Positions 25,360 through 31,866 of a stretch of 31,866 nucleotides of DNA are shown here, one piece after another. Both the position numbers and the translations under genes were made by a program. Origin of the DNA: Bdellovibrionota bacterium (GTDB lineage: Bacteria; Bdellovibrionota; UBA1018; UBA923); NCBI GenBank assembly GCA_040754655.1, contig JBFMCE010000046.1, positions 1-31,866 of the forward strand, written 5' to 3'. The stretch's first letter is position 1. Each line of letters starts with the position of its first letter. The notes under the pieces are model-generated. The model made no database searches. It had not been told where the DNA came from and saw only the letters and a program-made list of their open reading frames with translations.

Positions 25360-26064
25360 ATGGAATGGATTTCTTCCCTGCTCAAGAGCGTTTGCCCTTT
25401 TTGCGAATTGAAACTCGGCGACGCCCGAAGAGCTTGCCTCGGTTGCTCTCGGTTACTGAGCGAGATTGAGCAAGAACCCGCGATTTATAACCGTTTGGGC
25501 GATATGGTCGTGGTTTCAGCGGCTTATTATGAGAGCTGGATGCGCAACCTTATTTTAAGGCAAAAACAAAAGGCTAGCAGCCTTGTCGTGAGCTGGATGG
25601 CGGACTTCTTACACCAAAAAGTTCCCCTCGAATGGAGAGGGATCGATTTCTTGTGGGTTCCCGCCCATTCGCTTGCGTCAATGCATTTAGTTGAACACCT
25701 TGTTTGGGGGCTTCATCAGAAGGGTATCCCCATGGTGAGGCGCGCTTACTTGAGCCGAAAAACCACCTTTTTCGAGAAGCCGCAAAAGAAACTGGATCTC
25801 AGCCAAAGAAGAACGCGTTCTATTGAAGCGCTTTATAAATTAAGGCGTCTTGAAGCGGGGTTTAGCCAACCTCTTGAAATCATTTTGTTTGACGACATCC
25901 TCACCACTGGCAACACCCTGACCGGCCTTAAAAAAATGATCGAAGAACATGGGCGCTTTAAAATACGGGGCGCCCTTACCTTGGCTTTCACCAAGCGTCT
26001 TCAGCCTTCCGAACCTCCCAACCTCACCAAACAAACTCTGTTTTCCGACCCTGGGCTGTGTTAG
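25360..26064 (+). CDS. comF: ComF-family protein (Zn ribbon plus phosphoribosyltransferase domain)
   Basis: N-terminal CPFC...CLGC, WVP, KPQKKL...QR and the PRPP-binding loop IILFDDILTTGNTL. Confidence 0.85.
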   Translation: MEWISSLLKSVCPFCELKLGDARRACLGCSRLLSEIEQEPAIYNRLGDMVVVSAAYYESWMRNLILRQKQKASSLVVSWMADFLHQKVPLEWRGIDFLWVPAHSLASMHLVEHLVWGLHQKGIPMVRRAYLSRKTTFFEKPQKKLDLSQRRTRSIEALYKLRRLEAGFSQPLEIILFDDILTTGNTLTGLKKMIEEHGRFKIRGALTLAFTKRLQPSEPPNLTKQTLFSDPGLC

Positions 26065-26117
26065 AAGCTTGGCAGCAACAATTCCACAACAAAAGCAGCA
26101 TAAGGAATTTACCCAAG

Positions 26118-27113
26118 ATGAAGTACCTGGTTAGTCTTGTCGCCCTGTTTTCTCTTTTCGTTGGATGCACAAAAAAAGAACAAGGCCCGACGATTTGGAT
26201 TTACGCCTCTTTCTACAATCACGTTGTGCAAGAGTACGATGCGAAGCTTAAGGCAAAATTTCCGAACGTGAATTTTCGCTGGTACCAATCAGGAAGCGAG
26301 AATATCGCAGCGAAGGTAAATTCAGAATTGCTCTCAGGCAAAACTCAGGCGGATCTCATCTTGACCGCGGATCTTTTTTGGTACGAGGACCTCAAGGCAA
26401 AAGGGGTTCTTCTCAAATACCCCTCCCCTGCCACTTCTTCGCTTGCACCACAATTCAGGGATCCTGAATTTGCTTGGGCGGTCTCGAGGGTTCCTGCCAT
26501 GGTCATCGCATACCATAGCGATGTTTATGGCGATGCCCAGGCGCCAAAGTCGTTTTCAGACCTGGTTCAACCTCAATTTAAAAACAAGGTCGCCATGGGA
26601 AGCCCTCTTGAGAGCGGCACCACCTTTACGACCGTAGCCCAGCTCTCGCGAAAACTGGGTTGGGACTTTTTCAAGAAACTACGCGCAAACGGCGCCATCT
26701 CGGCGGGCGGGAATAGCGCTGTCATGGCGAAAATTGAAACCAAGGAGCGCCCGGTCGGAATCGTTCTCTTAGAGAACATCATCGCCACAAGAAGGAAGAA
26801 CCCGAAAATCAAATGGGTTTTCCCCAAAGAAGGCATCGTGAGCGTACCAAGTCCCATCGCCATCACGTCGACAACCTCGAATCCTGAGCTCGCGAAACAA
26901 GTGTACGACTACTTCTTCTCTAAAGAAGGGCAGGAAGTTTTGCTCAAGGGCGACCACCACGGCATCTTTGCAGACGCTCCCGCTCCAGAAGGCGCGCCGG
27001 ATTTGACCAAGCTTCTGGCGATTTCATTGCCTTGGAACAGCACCATCCTTCACGAAGTCCATCGCGAACGCGACAACATCAAGAAGCAGTTCACATCGAT
27101 CATGCTTGAATAA
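26118..27113 (+). CDS. ABC transporter substrate-binding lipoprotein (FbpA/AfuA-like class)
   Basis: Lipobox MKYLVSLVALFSLFVG-C from the ATG at 26118 (AAGGA upstream). Motifs PKSFSDL, SP.ESGT, GWDFFKKL, FPKEG and SKEGQ; upstream of an FbpB-like permease and an FbpC-like ATPase. Confidence 0.88.
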   Translation: MKYLVSLVALFSLFVGCTKKEQGPTIWIYASFYNHVVQEYDAKLKAKFPNVNFRWYQSGSENIAAKVNSELLSGKTQADLILTADLFWYEDLKAKGVLLKYPSPATSSLAPQFRDPEFAWAVSRVPAMVIAYHSDVYGDAQAPKSFSDLVQPQFKNKVAMGSPLESGTTFTTVAQLSRKLGWDFFKKLRANGAISAGGNSAVMAKIETKERPVGIVLLENIIATRRKNPKIKWVFPKEGIVSVPSPIAITSTTSNPELAKQVYDYFFSKEGQEVLLKGDHHGIFADAPAPEGAPDLTKLLAISLPWNSTILHEVHRERDNIKKQFTSIMLE

Positions 27114-27121
27114 GTAAAACC

Positions 27122-28735
27122 ATGCGCGCGCTCGTTCGTAGTTCGGAAATCCTGCACGGAACTCTCTTGGCCCTTGGGCTCGTCTGCCCGTTGGCGCTTT
27201 TCTTTCACAAAACCTTGAGTTTCGAAAACACCGACATCGTCGCCCTTTTTTCGAGTCCCGCGATCTATAATGCAACCTTGAACAGCCTTCTGCTTTCTCT
27301 TTTGACCGCGCTGTTCAGCACCATTCTTGCGTTTGTTTTTTCATGGATCCTCTGGCGCTATGACTGGTCACCGCGCCTGGTGAGGGCGCTGTCGATTACG
27401 ATGAAAACGCCCTATCTTCTGCCCCCTTTTTTCTTCGCCATGGGATGGATCGCGCTTGCCGCGCCGTCGGTCGGATACTTGCGGGCTCTCTACCCCGACT
27501 TGCCCTCGATTTATGGGATGTCGGGCACGGTCTTCGTAATGACCCTTTGGTCGCTGGCCTTTGCGATGATTCAGCTTCAGGTTTTCTTCTCGCAGTTCCC
27601 GGGGCACCTCGAAGACGCCGCGATTCTCTGCGGCGCCTCGCCGCTGCAGACTTTCTTTCGGATCACGACGCCTCTTGCTCGGCCTCAGCTGGTCTCGTGT
27701 TTTCTCTTGGTCTCGGTGAGTTCGCTTGCTGCCTTTGGCGTGCCTGCGATGCTCGCGTCGCCCGATCGAGCTTACGTTCTCACCACTCGCATCTACCAGA
27801 GCATCAAGAGCGATCAGAATTTCTCCCAAGCTGGCTGGCTCAGCCTCTTGCTCTTGGTCATCACCATCGTGCTTCTGCTTTTACAACGCCTTGTCATGAA
27901 AGGCAGGCACGCCGCAGCGCTGGTCAGCGGAAAAGCATCGCGCCCCGCTGTTCTACGCCCCTCATTCCACGCCAAGAGCGCCATGGCTTTGATTTGCTTT
28001 TTTGCGGTGATCGCAAGCGTGCTTCCCTGCGCCGCACTTGTTCTGCAGTCGTTTCTTCGCGATCGCTCTGATGTCACCTCGATTAGCCTTGAGAAGTACA
28101 TCTATGTCTTCAGCCAAATCCCTGACGGTTGGATCGCGCTTTCAAACAGCCTGCTTACCGCGTCGGTAGGCACCATCATTGCGACCTTCCTCGGGCTCGT
28201 CACCGCTTACGGCATGGCACGACTTCACCTCAGATCTTCTTCGTGGATGATCGAGGCGTGGAATATCGGATTTGCCTTACCAGGCACGATTATCGCGCTT
28301 TCCCTGCTTGTTTTTTACGCAGGGTCAATCACCGACACTCTTTGGATCTTGGGGTTCGGATACCTAATCAAGTACGGTGCTTTTTCAGCACGCACTCTTT
28401 CGCCGGCCCTCAGCGCTCTTTCAAAAGAACTTGAAGAGGCGGCCTGGATGAATGGCGCTTCACCCAGGCAAGCTTTCTTAAAGATCGTAGTTCCTCTTTT
28501 GAAGCCCGCGATCGCGGCGGCCCTTCTCTTGGCTTGGGTGCCGATGCTCTCTGAGCTCACGATTTCAGTGCTTCTTGTCGGGGTGGGCACCGAGACTTTG
28601 GGTGCTTTGATCTATCGGTTGCAAGAGTACGCGGATCCTGGCGCAGCTGCGGTGTTGGCCGTCGTTGTCGCGCTGGCTACCTTGATTCTAAACGGCGCTT
28701 TGCGCAGGGTTTCTAAAGGAAGTTTTGGAATATGA
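27122..28735 (+). CDS. ABC transporter permease with two fused transmembrane domains (FbpB/AfuB-like)
   Basis: Two EAA loops (LEDAAILCGAS...ITTPLARP and LEEAAWMNGAS...IVVPLLKP) and many hydrophobic helices. Confidence 0.92.
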   Translation: MRALVRSSEILHGTLLALGLVCPLALFFHKTLSFENTDIVALFSSPAIYNATLNSLLLSLLTALFSTILAFVFSWILWRYDWSPRLVRALSITMKTPYLLPPFFFAMGWIALAAPSVGYLRALYPDLPSIYGMSGTVFVMTLWSLAFAMIQLQVFFSQFPGHLEDAAILCGASPLQTFFRITTPLARPQLVSCFLLVSVSSLAAFGVPAMLASPDRAYVLTTRIYQSIKSDQNFSQAGWLSLLLLVITIVLLLLQRLVMKGRHAAALVSGKASRPAVLRPSFHAKSAMALICFFAVIASVLPCAALVLQSFLRDRSDVTSISLEKYIYVFSQIPDGWIALSNSLLTASVGTIIATFLGLVTAYGMARLHLRSSSWMIEAWNIGFALPGTIIALSLLVFYAGSITDTLWILGFGYLIKYGAFSARTLSPALSALSKELEEAAWMNGASPRQAFLKIVVPLLKPAIAAALLLAWVPMLSELTISVLLVGVGTETLGALIYRLQEYADPGAAAVLAVVVALATLILNGALRRVSKGSFGI

Positions 28736-29448
28736 GAGTAAAAGTAGAGTCTCTGCGCAAGTCATTTGGTTCCACTCCAGTCGTAGACAACGTCACGTTC
28801 ACCGTTGAAGAGGGAGAGCTGGTTACGCTGCTCGGACCCAGCGGCTGCGGAAAAACAACTGTCCTTCGCATGGTCGCGGGACTCGAACGCCCAAGCGGCG
28901 GAAGAATCTGGGTAGGCGATCGTTTATTCAGCGATGAAAAGAGTTTCGTGCCTCCACACCAACGCGGCATTGGCATGGTCTTTCAAAGCTACGCCCTTTG
29001 GCCTCATCGAACAGTGTTCAAAAACATCGCCTTCCCCCTGGAAATCCAAAAACACCCGCGTGATGACATTGAAGCCAGAGTTCGAGAGGTTTTGGGCGCA
29101 GTGGCGCTTGAGGGTCTGGCCGAGCGTTACCCGCATGAGCTTTCAGGCGGCCAACAACAACGCGTGGCGGTTGCGCGTGCGATCGCTCAAAAACCGACCG
29201 TGCTCTTGATGGATGAACCTCTCTCAAACCTGGATGCAAAACTCCGTGAACAGATGCGCCGTGAACTGAAGTCTCTTCAAAGAGACCTCAAACTCACCAT
29301 GCTTTACGTCACACACGATAGACTAGAGGCCTTAGAGCTCTCGCACCGCATGGCTATTCTTGATCACGGAAAACTCATTCAAATTGGCACTCCGCAAGAC
29401 GTGACCGAGAACCCAGCCAATGATTTCGTCGCGCACTTCATCGAGTAG
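28732..29448 (+). CDS. ABC transporter ATP-binding subunit (FbpC/PotA-like, short form)
   Basis: Walker A GPSGCGKT, Q-loop MVFQSYAL, signature LSGGQQQR, Walker B LLMDEPLSNLD and VTHD. It ends at 238 aa without a C-terminal regulatory/TOBE domain. ATGA overlap with the permease. Confidence 0.93.
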   Translation: MRVKVESLRKSFGSTPVVDNVTFTVEEGELVTLLGPSGCGKTTVLRMVAGLERPSGGRIWVGDRLFSDEKSFVPPHQRGIGMVFQSYALWPHRTVFKNIAFPLEIQKHPRDDIEARVREVLGAVALEGLAERYPHELSGGQQQRVAVARAIAQKPTVLLMDEPLSNLDAKLREQMRRELKSLQRDLKLTMLYVTHDRLEALELSHRMAILDHGKLIQIGTPQDVTENPANDFVAHFIE

Positions 29449-29515
29449 CCCAAAACTCGCAATTTTATTGCACGCTTAAGCGAGCTATGAAAGAAAATCA
29501 CCTTGAGGAGCGCAT

Positions 29516-30250
29516 ATGTTGCTTGAAGCCACCGATCTCAAGAAAACCTATAAACGCGGCGATCAAACCGTAGAAGCCCTTCGCGGTGTTTCCCTGATCC
29601 TCAAGCGAGGCGAGTTTGCTTCGATCATGGGACCCAGCGGCTCTGGCAAGAGCACCCTTCTCCACCTTGTCGGGGGTTTGGACAAACCCACCTCGGGTTC
29701 GATCCGATTTGACGGTCAGGCCATTGAAAGTTTTTCTGATGATGAGCTGTCGAGGTTCCGAAGAAGACGCCTCGGTTTCATTTTCCAATTTTTTAATCTG
29801 TTGCCGACATTGAGCGCGCTTGAAAACGTGTCGCTGCCCTGCCTTCTTGACGGAAAGCCCATGAACAAAATCGCGCCGCGGGCCAAGGAACTGCTTGAGA
29901 TGATGGGCCTCAAAGAACGCATGAACCACAGACCTGACCAACTTTCGGGCGGGGAAATGCAGCGGGTGGCGATCGCACGCGCGCTTATAACGGAACCCTA
30001 CTTGATTCTTGCCGACGAGCCGACCGGCAACCTTGACTCCAAGACCGGAAGCCTCGTGCTCGAGCTCTTGGGAAAGATGGCCCGCGAGCAAAACCAAACG
30101 ATCTTGATGGTCACTCATGATTCTCGCGCGGCCTCTTACGGCACTCGTTTGATCACGCTGCGTGACGGAGCCGTAGAGTCCGATGGCGCGCCTCGCCCGC
30201 TAGGTCCCAATGCAACCTTTGGAGCAGGTTCACATGCTCAACCTGTTTAG
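29516..30250 (+). CDS. ABC ATP-binding protein of the LolD/MacB type
   Basis: GPSGSGKSTLL, GFIFQFFNLL, HRPDQLSGGEMQRVAIARAL, LADEPTGNLD and MVTHD; GAGGAG Shine-Dalgarno. Confidence 0.93.
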   Translation: MLLEATDLKKTYKRGDQTVEALRGVSLILKRGEFASIMGPSGSGKSTLLHLVGGLDKPTSGSIRFDGQAIESFSDDELSRFRRRRLGFIFQFFNLLPTLSALENVSLPCLLDGKPMNKIAPRAKELLEMMGLKERMNHRPDQLSGGEMQRVAIARALITEPYLILADEPTGNLDSKTGSLVLELLGKMAREQNQTILMVTHDSRAASYGTRLITLRDGAVESDGAPRPLGPNATFGAGSHAQPV

Positions 30251-31866
30251 ATTCGTTGGTTTTAAACATCTTCAGCTGAGGCCAGGTCGAACGCTGCTCA
30301 CGACGATCGGCATTGCGCTGGGCATAGCCCTCTATGTTGCGATCAACATCATCAATCGATCCACGCTTTCTTCTTTCCGTGAAAACGTGAATGCGGTGGC
30401 CGGAAAAGCAACCTTAGTCGTCTCTTCAGCGGAAACCGGTTTCCCGGAAGGGAAACTGGAAATCGTTTCAAAGACTCCGGGGGTTGAGCATGCCGTACCG
30501 ATGGTCGAGACGCGCACTTATTTCGCTGGGCGCGACAGCGCCCACGAAACGGTTGTAGTCTTGGGAGTCGATCTCTTGCGTGAGCAGGCTGTTCGAACTT
30601 ACAAAACCACCGATGAACAAGTGATTGATGATCCCCTAGTATTTTTGAATCAACCCGACAGCATCATCATCACCCGAACCTTTGCTGAACGCCATAAACT
30701 TGCACTCGACTCCGTCTTTGAACTAGCCACGGCTCACGGGAAAAAGAAGTTCACCGTTCGCGGAATGCTTTCTCCGGAAGGACCAGCGAAAGCCTACGGC
30801 GGTGCGATCGCGATCATGGATATCGATGGAGCACGGATGACTTTCGGAAAAGAAGAAAAGCTCGATCGAATTGATATCATCACAAAGTCGGGCGCGCCCG
30901 TTGATGATGTTTTAAAAGATCTCCAAGGGCGACTCGGGGCAGGCTATTCTGTTGAGCGTCCCGACACCCAATCAGAAAACATGGAGCGCATGGTGAATTC
31001 CTATCAAGCCATGCTCACCTTTTTCAGCACGCTTGCTCTGATGGTAGGCCTTTTCTTGATCACAAACTCTGTGAGCATCGCGGTCGCCGAACGCAGGCGA
31101 GAGATCGGAATTTTGAGGGCGCTCGGCGCTTCCAGGGTAGGCATATTGGCCCTTTTCTTATCTGAAGCGCTCGCCATGGGGGTGGTTGGCGCATTTGCAG
31201 GAGCGTGGCTTGGGCGAGGATTGGCTTCGATCCTTGTCGGATTGGTGACGCGCTCAATTGAAATCCAATACCGAACCAATATCGCTGCAAGCGCGTTGAA
31301 GCTTGAGACAGATCAAATAGTGTTCACGCTTTTGCTGGGCGGCCTCGCTTCCGTGATCGCCGCTCTCTGGCCGTCGTTCCGAGCGACCCGCATCGAGCCC
31401 ATTGAGGCCATGCGAAAAAAAGAAGTGACCGATGCCTCAGAGAAACCCAGTTTCTTTCAGATCAATCGGTTTGGTTTTTATCTAGGCCTATGTTTCGCCA
31501 CGATAGGAGCGATCTCTTCTTCCAACGAATGGGCGGTGGATTCACAGGCGCTCCAAAAGGTTGAAACCATCGCTCTCATGGGAGGCGCCGCCCTGATCGG
31601 TCCGAGGATCGTGACCTTCTTGCTTCGCGCCATCCAGCCTTTGATCGCGGCCAGAGCCAGTACCGTCTTGCGGTTGTCCCAAGACAACCTGCTTCGAAGC
31701 CCTGCGAGAACCAGCGGCAACGTCCTCACTTTGATGGTTGGATTGATGCTGGTCACGCTAGTAGCCGCAGTTTTAGCGAGTTTCAAAAACACCACCTCAG
31801 ACTGGGCGAAGCGCGCCTTTCTCTCGGATGTGCTGGTCTCGTCAAATGGAAGGCTCATCTCGTTCA
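30234..31866 (+). CDS. FtsX/MacB-like ABC permease, 3'-truncated by the window edge (absent from the ORF track)
   Basis: Translated by hand from the ATG at 30234: MLNLFRFVGFKHLQLRPGRTLLTTIGIALGIALYVAINIIN..., later ITNSVSIAVAERRREIGILRALGASR (FtsX-domain motif). No stop was seen before the window end. Confidence 0.9.
   Translation, partial: MLNLFRFVGFKHLQLRPGRTLLTTIGIALGIALYVAINIINRSTLSSFRENVNAVAGKATLVVSSAETGFPEGKLEIVSKTPGVEHAVPMVETRTYFAGRDSAHETVVVLGVDLLREQAVRTYKTTDEQVIDDPLVFLNQPDSIIITRTFAERHKLALDSVFELATAHGKKKFTVRGMLSPEGPAKAYGGAIAIMDIDGARMTFGKEEKLDRIDIITKSGAPVDDVLKDLQGRLGAGYSVERPDTQSENMERMVNSYQAMLTFFSTLALMVGLFLITNSVSIAVAERRREIGILRALGASRVGILALFLSEALAMGVVGAFAGAWLGRGLASILVGLVTRSIEIQYRTNIAASALKLETDQIVFTLLLGGLASVIAALWPSFRATRIEPIEAMRKKEVTDASEKPSFFQINRFGFYLGLCFATIGAISSSNEWAVDSQALQKVETIALMGGAALIGPRIVTFLLRAIQPLIAARASTVLRLSQDNLLRSPARTSGNVLTLMVGLMLVTLVAAVLASFKNTTSDWAKRAFLSDVLVSSNGRLISF

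Noticed and set aside
29449..29515. Short palindromes GCAAT-TTT-ATTGC and CGCTTAAGCG upstream of the LolD-like gene
   Set aside because: They are short enough to arise by chance, with no matching promoter spacing or second copy seen.
29498..30118. 206-aa antisense ORF, and the many other short antisense or alternative-frame ORFs in the track
   Set aside because: These are shadow ORFs of well-supported genes, with no motifs or ribosome-binding sites.

Overview
A gene-dense bacterial chromosome segment. A Bdellovibrionota/Oligoflexia-like or other deltaproteobacteria-like origin is inferred from gene context and the many orphan secreted proteins; it is not proven. Left to right: (i) a 5'-truncated protein with a transglutaminase-like Cys/His/Asn core, coupled to a secreted orphan; (ii) a convergent secreted Gly-rich orphan behind a consensus sigma-54 promoter; (iii) a minus-strand operon of a membrane orphan, rne (RNase E/G family, with a ~250-aa disordered insert in S1 and an Arg-rich tail) and larE-larB-larC (nickel-pincer cofactor synthesis; no larA in the window); (iv) a divergent nucleoside-catabolism operon deoC-deoB-pdp-punA-cdd, whose DeoC has an encapsulation-peptide-like N-terminus and a long Tyr-terminated tail; (v) rplU-rpmA-obgE-orphan-nadD-rsfS-rlmH; (vi) an aat (Leu/Phe-tRNA-protein transferase) gene with an apparent signal peptide and an in-frame TGA exactly at the conserved GIFP-W Trp; (vii) gpmI-pfkA, a secreted orphan, a ComF-family gene and an FbpABC/AfuABC-like importer; (viii) a LolD-like ATPase and an FtsX-like permease running off the right end. 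No rRNA, tRNA, CRISPR array or mobile element was recognised. The best candidates for new biology are the apparently secreted Aat, the encapsulation-peptide-like DeoC and the rne-larEBC operon with no client enzyme. All calls come from reading motifs by eye; no database searches were run.
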